From Podarcis cretensis (Eukaryota): a stretch of DNA of 64,000 bases. Positions 47,611 to 64,000 of this stretch are shown here, piece by piece. Position 1 is the stretch's first letter. Every line of letters starts with the position of its first letter. The stretch is taken from positions 18,476,001 through 18,540,000 of the forward strand of contig OX638158.1 of assembly GCA_951804945.1 (NCBI GenBank). The letters run 5' to 3'. The notes beneath the pieces were generated by a model, which saw only the letters and a list, made by a program, of their open reading frames with translations, ran no database searches and was not told the DNA's origin. A program made the translations under genes and the position numbers.

Positions 47611-50600
47611 TGAGTTGGGTCCAAGCCCTGCGCACTGGTGTAGGAGAGGGCTGAGAACATCCTGAGGGTTGTGGTCTTGTGGAGAATACCACGATCATGT
47701 TTTATGCTTATTCAAACACTATACATTGATTGCATTTTGTGCACAAAGCCTATACATTGTCTAGTATGCCTGTCCACAGTATACTAAACCACACATTGCA
47801 TGGACAGAGACTATCTGTGCCCTGCAAACATGCAGGGTACAGACCAATGTGTCTGCAGGCTGAAATGTACAAAGACAGAAATAGAAAAAGACAAAAAACA
47901 TATAAGAAAAATAAAATATAACATAAAGGTAATTGGGGGCAGAATGGTGTCAAGTAACAAATGGTTGCAGCTTTTATAAGTCGTTTTGAACAACATGATT
48001 CATTCCCGATAAATTGCAATGACTTATTGCTTATTATCATAACAGCTGAAAAATCCAACATGTAATATTTAATCCTATAAATAAAATGACTTAAGATCTT
48101 ATAATGTGACTACAAGAGCTAAGTTGAAATGCACCTCTCATTGTATCAGGTCTGAAAGTGTTGTAACTACAAACCCGCCAAGCTTTCATTAGGCAAAGTA
48201 ACAGTTAAAAAAAATCAGGATTGCAATTTTGGCACATCAGATAAAGACTATCACACACAGATGGTCTCCACTTCAGCTCCCTCCACCCTCCTGCATGCAA
48301 GCCTTGCAGCCACTAAGCTAGTGGCAGCCAGGCAGGAAATCTTCCAAAATCCCAACGTTTTCCATCAGTGCAAGTTTAACAAGGCAGATCAAAAAGCAGC
48401 TGCAGAGGTGCCAACACAACTAACTGGGGAATCACAGAACTGCTGTAGTTGGAAAACGCACACAGTAGGAATCAGGCATCTGGACCTTGCAAATGCCAAA
48501 TATAGTCCATGTGGCAAAAGGTGTTGACATCGCAGTTGGAGGGAACAGAAAGCTACAATCAGAAGCATTAAGTTCAGCAGCCACAAGAAGTGACCCAGAT
48601 ACCACATTTGAGTTGTATACCTGCTGTGTGGGGTCAGGTTGTAATGCATCAGAGTCCAAAGTTGGATAGGCTCAGCATGTACATGTACATGTACATAAAT
48701 TAAAATTCTAGAAACCCCTGACACATAGATACAACAATTTAAAATAAAATGTGAAAAGCAATATGAAACAACTTACAAATGTAGGGTTGGTCCTAAAAAT
48801 ACACTATATTGGTTGCTAGATGTTCCAGATATATTGGTTGCTAGATGTCCCTTATAGCATCATTCAGATTCTCAAGTCAAGGCTGGGCAGAAAAGAAGTT
48901 GCCTACTAGTGGAACATTCTTACTCTATACTTCAACACAGAAAGAAGCTCTGAGGTCAAGAATGCAATGTCACTTTTCTATCTACTTGCTTCTACTCCTG
49001 TTAATTCCTGGGTTGACTTTATATGCACTATCAAATGCATTTTTTGAGCATATGGTGATAGGCATTCACATAACACTAAGCCTTTCAATTGCTCAGGTAT
49101 GGAAAACATGTGGATATGAGGATAGGATAACCCACAAACTGGTTGTCCCATCCTTACCTTTCCATCCTGAAAGGTAATGACAGGACAAACCATATTATGG
49201 ATTATGTTGTCTTTACATCCAAGTATGTTTTCCATTTGTACCTTTCTGGAATATCCCACCACCATTTTTTATTTTTTATTTTAAATATCATTCTCTTTAC
49301 TTTCTGGGAATGTGTCTTGATTTTACCAATGAGGAGGAGCATGTGGGAAAGAGATGAAGGATAATAAAAGCTTCCACAATTGCAGCCTTTGACAGAATTA
49401 TGTTTTAAAAATGGCACTGTACTGTTCTTGCTGTTTTAATCAATAATAGCAGACAACACCCAGAAGAGAGAAAGCAAACCAGGACCAGTAACAAGATGGA
49501 GGGCAGTGCTCTGTCACGCTATCAAAGAGTGCCAGATCATGTGAAATTAAGGCAATGCATATATATCCCAAGACTGCAGGACCAGATCAACTTCCAGAAG
49601 TTCACAGTGCCTAGTTCTTTCCCAGACCCTCTCAGGGTATATTTATTATAATATATTTTTAAAACAACCTTTCTATTCCCAAGTGGCCAATGGCTGAGAT
49701 ATTCACTTTGCTGAACCAATTCCTCAGTCCTTGTTAATATATGCAGGTGGCATAATTGTTGGTTTACTATAATTATTTAGGCTTTAAGACTACATTAAAG
49801 AGCCACTAAAGTCCCTCTGAATAACTCATCACCATTAAATCCTCTACATCTATGTTTGGCTTGTAACATAGATAAAGCAGTTTGCAAAAAAATAGGGCAG
49901 GTGGGGGGGAGTTAAGATGATGAAAATGCTGAGTAAGATGTAATGTAATCATGTTTGTTATAAATTCTGAATTAAATGCCATGTCTTTGCCAGTTCATAG
50001 ATTTTGTTATATATTAATCTACAGCACTAACGTAACACCAAAATCCACTCCTTCGTTGCCAGTGTGGACCAGGCACCTTTTCAGCTGGCCACAAAACTCA
50101 TCACTAATTACCAAGCCAGACAGACAGTTATGCTCTCTTTCTCATAGGCATCCAGAGATGGGAAGCAAGTAAGCACAGTCTTTCACAGAGACATAACAAT
50201 TCCATCTTCCTTGCTTCAGAAAGCACAGTTCAATTTTCAGAGAATGAATGAAAAGAAGTAACTCTCATCCACCTGTAAAGATGTACTAATGTGAATGCAG
50301 AATATGACATTTTAAATTCAAGTTTTGCAAACAGATGGTTTTTCTGCTATTGCTACGGCAAGGAAAGGAAGGTCGAGCTATTCAAACAGCAGTAGGAATT
50401 TCCCTCCTGCCTCAAAAGGCATAAACAATCAACCTAACAGTATGCTTCAAGATGTGTCCTAACCTCATTATGTTATCAACATGGTGTGACACTGACCAGG
50501 CTCAAGCCGTTTTGTGAATGTCACTCAGACGAGACAGAAGCATTTCCCTCTCAACTTCCTATCTTAGGCTGCTATAGTTCCATTATTGTGGAGGCACATT

Positions 50601-53600
50601 ATCTCTGTTTTTAACACATAATTGCAGGGAAAACAAGTAGAAAGACTCCATATCAATTATGGCCCTCTCTTGCAAGGCTGGCTTCAATTCCCTTCAAACT
50701 AGCTCCAATTTTCCCAGCTACATCAAGAGAATGTGCATCACTGTTCTTTGTACAAGGTCACACACATGTGTGCAAGCTTTCTTCATTTCTGCAATTTCGC
50801 CAGAGCCTCAGTGGAGTTCATTAGTTCCAAAATGGCTCTGTGTTTAATAAAATCCCCTTCCATTTGTGTGCATAATAGGTTTTTAGTGGGGATGAAACAG
50901 ATATAAAGACGGCAGAAACGGCTGCTTTCAAATTTCTGTTACAAAAGGACAAGAAGGGATTGACCTTGCCCTTACTGAAGTTAATGGATAACCTTGCAGG
51001 ACAGCATGATTGCCATCAAAGGCCATAAGCCATAAATAAGTTGCTTCAGAGTAATTTCACTTATGGCACTGAGACTCCTGTAAGTGTTTTAAGAAACACA
51101 GCTGAAATTGAGGCAATGGATAAACAATTCTTGATTTCCAAGTTAGTACTAGAGGAAATGTTTTGGCTGATGTGCCCGATTCAGTGGAGCTGAAGCTCAG
51201 TGACAGAGCACATGGAATGTATCTTCAGGCCAGATTCAATCCTCAGGATCTGCAGTAATGTCAGGGAAATATCCTTTTCAGAAATTCAGGAGAGCTGCTT
51301 CCAGCCAGTGTACTGAGCTACATGGACCAAAGATCTGACTCATTTTAACAGCAGCTTTCTGTGCAAATAAATTCTTAGCAATAACCAGCGGGTACCATTT
51401 TGCTTCAGCCGCTTGATCTTTTTGGCTGAAGGCTAAGAGATAGTGACCAGCCATAGGCCATAGCTAAACAGAGGATTAAACCCATGTCTCCCAAGTTCTA
51501 AGTCTGTACCCTTGCTATACCACACTGGCTCTGCAATATTACCCTACAGTGGCTCTCATTATTTTAAAATCCTGCACAATTTTTTATTCCACATTCTGCT
51601 GGCTGAGTTTCAGAATCCAAGAGGCATGTTATCAGCTTATAAACACATATTTTTCTCCTTCAAACCTTAAAAGAAAAGAAAAAAAGCATTACACATCATA
51701 TATTGGATAATGCGCTTCTTGAAGAAGGTTCTCCATGTCTCTGGAAATCAGGACGGTAGAAGTTGCTATGGCAACTCCTTTTTCCTCCTTTCAGAATTAA
51801 ATTACAAAGTGAATGTGAAGCCAGACTTGTTATTGTTACCCAAGTGAAAGCTTCCCCTGAGCAGCTGGACAAACCTGGTTTTCCAGAGCTGGACCAACTC
51901 CACCTTCCTCTCCCTCTTCTCAAAAAACCCCCAACAACCCACCACCCACCCAACTGGCTATAGAAGATATCAAGACAAGAAATGATTCATGCTAATTAGG
52001 ACTTAGCTAAAGAGCATCTTCAAACAGGGGATGGTTCTGAGTCCTTCTACAAGACTCTCTCTGAGTTATACCAAATGACCCACAGTAAAGGATTGTAGAT
52101 GATAGGGGAAGAATGCCTTGCTGAGGAGCTTTACAAATTTAAGAGCACTGCTTTCAAAGGCAGGGAAGTGAACTGCACAAGAAACTTCTTCATCTGGAAA
52201 GATTGTTCTTTGGATAGAAATGCGGGAGCACTCATACCTTAAAAATCTGATTTTTAAAAAAACTGCATTGTTATTCTGATGCAGTGGTAGCTCTGTTAGT
52301 GTCATAGGCCTGTTTTGCATGAAAAATGAAGGCATAGTTTGTTTTGCTTAACTGTGGTTTGTCTGTGATCCTGAACTCATCTCTGACTGCCAAGAAAAAC
52401 CTGGCTTGTGGTAAGTAAGAAGAGAACTTAATCATGAGTCCGGGTTCAGATAACATGCTAAGCTAGTTTCTGTTTGGCTTACCAGTGCACAACAGGTTTT
52501 TCCCATTCTTTTCTGCCCTGTACTGCAAGCAACCCCTTAAAAAGCACTTGTGATACTGTGAGACACAAAACAGGGTTGCTGCTGTTTAGAAGAGAAATGA
52601 AAAAGTCCCCTTACATGCATAAATCTACAGATCTGGATTGGAGCCATACTATTTTGCCCCTTGGTTGTTGTAGCAAGCACAACTTGCTGCATTTCGTAAT
52701 GGCTGGAGGCAATTTTCTCCAATAAAATGGCTCTCTTTTCTAAGTGCATCCGATTTCCATCTCTGCAGGATGTGCTGTTTTCTGAAGCAGCCTTTTCTAT
52801 CTCAACCCACCGTTTCATCCAGTGTTTTCCAAAAACAAACTAATCACTTTGATACTCAGCTAACTAGAGCTCTAGTAGAAAGCAACTGCAGCCTCTCTCT
52901 GCTATAACAAGGCAACAGATCTGAGGGCAAGGCTAAATTATAACAGGATGGATGCCACAAAACTTTGACAAGTGTACAAATCTTAAGAATGAATAAGTCA
53001 ATGCAATTCCACACAGACAGACAGACAGACCATTTGTCAGGGCTGGAAAAATATTTTAATCCCTTGGAAATTTAAGTCAGTATCAAATGCATTACTGCCT
53101 GACAAAAGGCATGTTCCCCTGTTACATTTAACTCAGTCTGCTTTTTCTCCCTCTGACTCCCTCTGTTGTCTTTGTTGAAATTACACTGTAAGCTTCTTGG
53201 GGCAGGGACTTGTGCTTTTGCTTATCATACTCTAAATAGCACCATGTACATTAACGTACCCACAACTACCAACTTTTAGTGAGATAAATTACTGTATTGC
53301 CCATGACAAACCTATCAGCATAAAAATGTGTTGCTACCAGCTATCTGCATATGCAGTCTAGGTACAAATATATTTTGTCAGTTATGAATTATCTGCATAT
53401 CCAACCTAAATATTGGTACAGAAATCAAAATACACAAAAGTCATGCACCACCAATTCAACAGATTATTGTTTTTCTTTAGTACTTGCCTGGAGGAATCTG
53501 ATTTCTATAACATTGTGCTGTATGTGTGTGTTTAATACTGGGTTTATTGTCAGGAGCAAATAGCTACACCAACATCACTTCTAAATAGCCTATACCTCAG

Positions 53601-54571
53601 TTCCAGCCTTTCACTTTTGTAGGTGGAAAACAGCAACATGTCAGATGCACCAGTTCACTAACATCTTTCCTGGACATGCTTCACCTGACGGTAAAACCCT
53701 TCAAATCTTTAAACAGGATTCTAAACCAGCCCCCATTTTCTCTCTATCAAACTGCAAAGCAACAAAGAAAAGCTTACAACTTGCTAGGCAATAATTCCTC
53801 CAAAGATGCATTCCAAAGCCTTTGTTTTTCCTTCCACACACTCAAAGCTGCTTCATGAAAATACTTCATCATGGTGGCCAAGGCCTGAAGAATGGTTATA
53901 CATGCTCATCTGTCTCTGTTTTGGAAAGGCAATTATTATTTTTCCAGCTCCATCCCTCTGCAAGTTTTCATTCCACCCCCACCCCACCTTTCATGCCAGT
54001 GATTCTCCTTTGGGGGCAAGTAAAAGAATAGCCACATTCTGGTCTTTCAAAAAACTCCATTGGTTAGTTCTGAATACTGGAATGAATGTAGACTCAGGCT
54101 TTCAGGCTTTCCCATTCACAGCTCTGGGAGTTCTGAGCTCAGTCAACCTCTCAGGAAAGAACAGGGGAAATAGCTTGTCCTGTTGTTATGGATTGCATTC
54201 CATTTGTCCAACACTAAGTTTTGTTTCTTTCATATATTTGCTATGACTTCATGCTAAGCCAAATATAAACACATTTCCCTTTCTCCCCCCTGCCCCACAC
54301 CCCAGCACCAGACAAGCTTATGCTGAAACACAGGCATTGCCATTTACGTTTAGTAGAAACACTAATCATTCCAGGCAAGAATAGAAAAAAGTCACCATCT
54401 TTCAAAGGGCAAATTTATAATGAGAACACCTGCCAAGGTGCCCTAGAACATAGCCCTGAAACTGTTCATCACCCGAAAGGAAGGCTTGATCAATTAAATA
54501 ATATCCCTTCATAAAACAGACACAGCAGAAAAAGCTCAGGAATGAAACAATTAACACCTACTAAGATATAT

Positions 54572-54574
<3 letters not shown>

Positions 54575-54602
<28 letters not shown>
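54575..54602 (+). repeat. (GACA)n microsatellite
   Basis: Direct run of gacagacagaca. A shorter run lies at ~53012-53030. Confidence 0.92.
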
Positions 54603-54603
<1 letters not shown>

Positions 54604-55163
54604 CACTTTCACACTATACTCTGGCATTTTGTTAACAAAAGGAAAAAAAAGCCAACAGCAAAAAGTCATAACCATAAATTCAAAAAACTCAAGGCATTAT
54701 CTGCACTACAGACTTAAACCAGTTTAACTACCATTCCTTCTTATCAGGAAAGCCTGGGAATTGTAACTGGAGAGAATGGGGATGGGATTTTCTAGCACTG
54801 GGTAGTCAGTGAGGTGTCCTCTCATCATTCCTGACCCTTGGCCATGCCAGTTGGGGATGATGGGAGCTGCAGTCCAAGAGCATCTGGAGGGCACGACATT
54901 GGCTACCATTGTTCTAGCAGAATGTTCAACATTCCACCAATCTGCAGTTCCCATGATTCTTTGGAGGAAGAGGTATGAAACTGATATCCATATGCAGTGC
55001 TGATAATGCCCACATTTTTACCCCTAGAAGTAATCCTGATAAAACAAGTGCCAGCCTAAAGCCATGTAATCCAAACATCTTGGCTGCCATCTGATGTGAC
55101 CATGTGATTTTTTTCTCCGGACTTCCCAAAAGCCACTGTGCTGAGTTTCAAACAACCTACCTA

Positions 55164-55409
<246 letters not shown>

Positions 55410-55903
55410 TCAAAGAATTCTGTTTAATGAAGACATTCCTAATCCCTTGTATTTTGAAAAGAAACATACGCCTTTTAAAGTGCTTTTCAACCCTCCCAGC
55501 CAAGTTTCTTCCTAATATGTCAAAAGCACGGTAGGCCAGTCGCGTGCCAGAGTAAACAGAGATTTCTTAAAAGTTTTTTTTCTTTATTTAGATTTAATTT
55601 CAAGTTTATTTTACCCTCTCGGGCTGTGCTGTTATTTGACAGACAGCCCACCAAATTCTCTCTCTTTCTTATTGCATTTGCAATACAGCTGCAAACTGCC
55701 TATTATTGCTGTCATTTAAGAAAATATCTCCCAAATCTTAATACACAATGGTTCAGCATTTTTCAACCCTCCTTTGCCAACTTTTGAAAAGAAATTTAAG
55801 AGAGCAGTATTCAAAGAAGCACAAGGGGTTTAAAAGTTATGTAAGAGTTTATTTTTAACATTATTTTTAACATTCAGCGTCTCTTCATTCTAATCTCTGA
55901 GGG

Positions 55904-55922
55904 TGTGTGTGTGTGTGTGTGT
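55904..55922 (+). repeat. (GT)n microsatellite
   Basis: Direct run of gtgtgt within intron 2. Confidence 0.92.
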
Positions 55923-57400
55923 AACACAAGGTTGTTAAAGGGCATTATTAAAATAAGTTGTGGCTTATTTTGCATACTTTCATACCAGAAATATGCCAAA
56001 CAGTGGTGTCTATTTGAAAATGCATGTATTTGTTCAGAATACATTTCACCACTTAACTGTTCTCAAAGTGAATTCCCCATCATCAGTTTTTCACCTTAAT
56101 TGGGTTGGGCAGAAAATGACTGAAACCTCATTTATTATTGGTTCCCCCTAATATCAATATCAGTACACCCACACTCTTGCTGAGCTGATGGACAGCACAG
56201 AGGTCCAATAGGACTGTACTCTCATTTCCTCCTAAGTTGTTCCCTGTGATTATTCTATTGGGCAAATAAAGGAACCACATGAAGACACCCAATCTGCAAA
56301 AACTTTTCCTAAGAATGCTATGTGTCAGTAGAAGGTAAGGTTTTTGCAGGACAGTGGTGACACCCAGGGCGACCTGCACCCACCGCACCCACCTTCATCC
56401 ACCCCTGCGAGGGGAATTAGTGTCATTGCGTATGGAGGCTTTCCATGTGTAGCTGACCCCGTGTTGTTGTGTTTTTAGGCCATCGTTTACCTATATGGAT
56501 TAAGCCTTAGAAAGGGACTCTATTGCTCAGCCAAGGCAATTGTTGCATTGCTGCCCACAAAGAATAAGAAACAAAAAATAGACCCCTCCTTGCATATGAC
56601 CATGCAAGTTTTAATTTGTGCTGGATAGTTCATGATCAGACTGAAATATTGAAAAGTAGGTCATTCTCAACTATAGAGAAAGCAATTAGCATCTGGTTAC
56701 AGATGCACATTTTGTCCTCGTTGTTTCTGACAGGTAATGCCCTGTTTACAATTTTATGTTGACCTGTATAAGATATTGTAAAGACACAAGAGTTCATAAT
56801 CTCTTTTAATTTCTCATATGCACAACTTTTAAAGTTTTGTAGGTTTCCTTTTAGTACAAATTATGGAAGGTAAGAGAGTGAATGGTCAGAGGTAGGAGAA
56901 TTTGTTATGCACAGCTGAAATGTTTCATTATGACCTGGCTTGAAAACCATTAATTAAGATATATTAAGCTCTATTTAATGGAGCTTTTTAGTGCAGTTTC
57001 ACATTAGTTTTATACCAAGACTTGGTATATAGGGCAATAACAGCTGGAGAGAGCTGTTGTCCCTCATTGTCCTGCTTGCGGGCTTCCCAAAAGCACCTGG
57101 TTGGCTAATGTGGGAACCTCATGGGCCTTTTGTTCTGATCCAGCAGGGCTCTTCTTGCATTCACATCCTCTTCGGTGTGCAACAGAAATAGGCTGAAACT
57201 ATATTTTCAGTATGCGAAATTATAGCAACATGTTTCCCCCTCTCCTCTCTTCTTTCAGTAGAAAATGTATTAGTCTGCAGAAGAGTCCCAGTTTTGTGCA
57301 TTAAATGTTATCCTTTCCCCCCAAAAAGGTGCACCTTAGCACAAACTATGTTGCTTACCAATGTTTTGAATTATCAAGACACATTAAGAACATTAGAATA

Positions 57401-57770
57401 GCCCTGTTTGAACATAAAACTAAACCACTGGTTATTAACTATGGTTATAGACTGCTCATTAACCAAGGTTTGTAGTTCGTTTCTAAACCTTAGCTAATAT
57501 TAACTATTACTTAACTTTATGTGCAAGCCCAGACCTTATCCTTAATTATGGTTAAAGAGCTGCCACAGCCCAAAAGCTACATAGCTGCATGTGAAGAACA
57601 GCAATTCCTGGCTTGTGTTTCCTTTAACAGGGGGAGGACAAGAATGCAACAAGCCAAGGTTCACATTATGGTCTGCCAGACACAGTAGCTTCCATTATCG
57701 TGTGTTAACTATGGTTAGCATTAACTATGGTTAATGTTAACCATAGCTTAGCATTATTTACAAACTAGGC
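57401..57770. mobile_element. Old palindromic MITE with repeated TTAAC(C/T)ATGGTTA motifs
   Basis: Imperfect ~25-bp terminal inverted arms GCCCTGTTTGAACATAAAACTAAAC / GCTTAGCATTATTTACAAACTAGGC. Multiple TTAACTATGGTTA units at both ends. Confidence 0.55.
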
Positions 57771-59838
57771 CAATATGTTGTTACATAAATTACAGTAGGG
57801 TGGAGTTGGTGGACTCACCAAAGAGATGCTGTTTTTAAGCAACAAGTCCATAGTGGCCATAAGTATGTGCTCTGCTCAGGAACCTGGTATTTGAGGTGAA
57901 TCATTGAGAGGATTTCAACTGTTTATTTGTTATGTGTTTTCAGTAAGACCATTATCTCTCAAGAGATGACTACATTGCTCAGTCATTTTCAGCCTCCTAC
58001 TTTACAACACATCAATCTGTTCAACCAGCTCTGATTTCATACTTTATATCAGGCCTCCCCTTGTGGGCTCTGCCTAAAGATTTATGGTTGGCAAGGTGCC
58101 AAGGAAGTAACCAATATAGGTTTGCCGCCACCATCCCACTACCCATCCCAAATTAGCCATACGTCATGGTTTTGAGTGTCTATGTTGGGAAGGATAACAA
58201 ATAAAACTGCTTGAGAGGATTAAAAAACTATCACCTGAAAAACGGGGGGGGGGGGGGGGAATGAGTTGATGGAGAATATCTGTGAACACTTTCTTGACCC
58301 ATTTTTATCTCCACCCAAAATCCTGAAAGCAAAAGTTGATTTCACGGCATCTAATAAGATTATGGTACTTTGATAATATTTTTATTAAGATTATGGTACT
58401 TTGGTTTTTTTTAATCCATCTTTCTGTTTGCTCCTCCAAGTTTCATTGTGAACAGTCTGTGCATCAGAGATTTAATCTCAGGCCCAAATTAGATAGAACA
58501 ATGCCAGAATCTGTGTGTTTAAGCCCAGCTTTGTGTGCCAGCTTTGGCATTTTATTCCTGACTTGTTATGTCCAAAGTGGATTACATCCTGGCTTATTAT
58601 CTGATATCAAACTAGAGTTTCCCAGTTTGCATGTAATGAAAATGTCTGTCTTAACACAAGCCACAAAGTGCCAATGCCAGCATGCAAGAGAAGGGAGGGA
58701 GGAGAGAAGGGGGGGGCACTTTCTCCAACATGCATTCCAAGATTCATAGACCAAGCATTTTTTTAAAAAAAAACCACCACCACCAAATACTTAGCATCAA
58801 TGCCATCAGGTCCTGCTACCAGATCAGCTGTAATAGTAGCCAGATTGGCACTTAACAATAATCCTTTTGTTGCACTTGCAAGATGGTGTTTTAGTGTAAT
58901 AATCTTAAATACTTCTACTTGTAATGGACCCCGCTCCCAAGTGAATGTACTTCAGACTGCAACCTACACCTTCCTATTACTATCAGCCTATTCCACATGT
59001 ACTTTGCCAAATAAAAGTTGCACAACTGAACAATATAGGTCAAGGTAAAACCATGGCTACATCAGAAAATTTGGATGGGGGGGCGGGGGAATCCAAGTGG
59101 ATTTTAAAGGCTTGGGTTCTTGAATACTTGGTCATTTGAAATTGGGTTTATTTTTCAGGTCTAGAACCAATATTTAATTGTTGAACGATTATAGACAATG
59201 GCTCTACTGGTATCCATCAATGTAATTTACACAGCAGCCAAAAACCATCCATTTTGTGCATAGGATGGCCCATGAATGTTCCTGCATTCTGCAGCAATTT
59301 CATGTTGCCATAAGTAGGAGTCCTTATGCTTTAGGAGTCTAGACCTAGGTCCCGATGCATCTCCCCCCACCAAAACCCCATCAATTTGGGCCCTGGCAAA
59401 AAACTAAGTGGGCACACCACTGGGGTTTAAACCCCTCTGTCCATACCCCTGGTGGGGGGTGTAAATTGGCCATTCCTTCCTCATCAAAATGGTCGTTTGA
59501 TGAGGATGGAGGAGGTGATTTACCCCTTACTCAGCTTATCTGCAGAAATAAGCTGAAGAGGAAGGGCTTGTGTGCCGTTAGTGTGCGTGTGTGTGCGTGT
59601 GTGCATGCACAAATGTTTAGGTGAGATGGTCACAGTCACTTTGGGTCATACCCACCACCAGCATGCAACCCCCAGAAGATTGACCAAGGTCATAAAAGAT
59701 CTACCCCCACTGATCTAGATGGAGACCAACCATATGTAGTTGCTCATGTAGTTCCTTCTAGTGCTCCCTTCAACCTAATGCACATGCTTGGTCACATTTG
59801 TAAATCACATTTGCATACTGACTCATATCACTCCATCA

Positions 59839-64000
<4,162 letters not shown>

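Noticed and set aside
59337-59720. Possible old hAT element bounded by GTCTAGAC / ATCTAGAT
   Set aside because: TSD matches only 6/8 and the TIRs cannot be aligned with confidence.

Overview
Vertebrate genomic DNA, almost certainly from a squamate reptile and probably a lacertid lizard (inferred from Sauria-SINE, Squam3-like SINE and lacertid-type MITE copies). The whole window lies inside the L-type calcium channel gene CACNA1C (Cav1.2) on the minus strand. It contains the 3' end of intron 1 (60171-64000), coding exon 2 (59849-60170, 322 bp), a 4,525-bp minor-spliceosome (U12-type) intron with unusual AT-AG ends (55324-59848), coding exon 3 (55218-55323, 106 bp) and the first ~55 kb of the very large intron 3. 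Exon 4 is not reached. The other ORFs in the track appear to be noise or decayed CR1/L2 reverse-transcriptase fragments. The introns are full of SINEs, LINE fragments and non-autonomous DNA transposons, often nested with readable target-site duplications (TSDs). The most notable items are: the AT-AG U12 intron with an out-of-frame AC next to the acceptor; a Penelope-like inverted-repeat insertion carrying a degenerate minimal hammerhead-ribozyme core; a three-level nested insertion whose young hAT MITE carries telomere-like TTAGGG repeats; and an apparent 5S-rRNA-headed, CR1-tailed SINE. I see no evidence of a new protein-coding system. Repeat family names come from motif recognition, not database searches.
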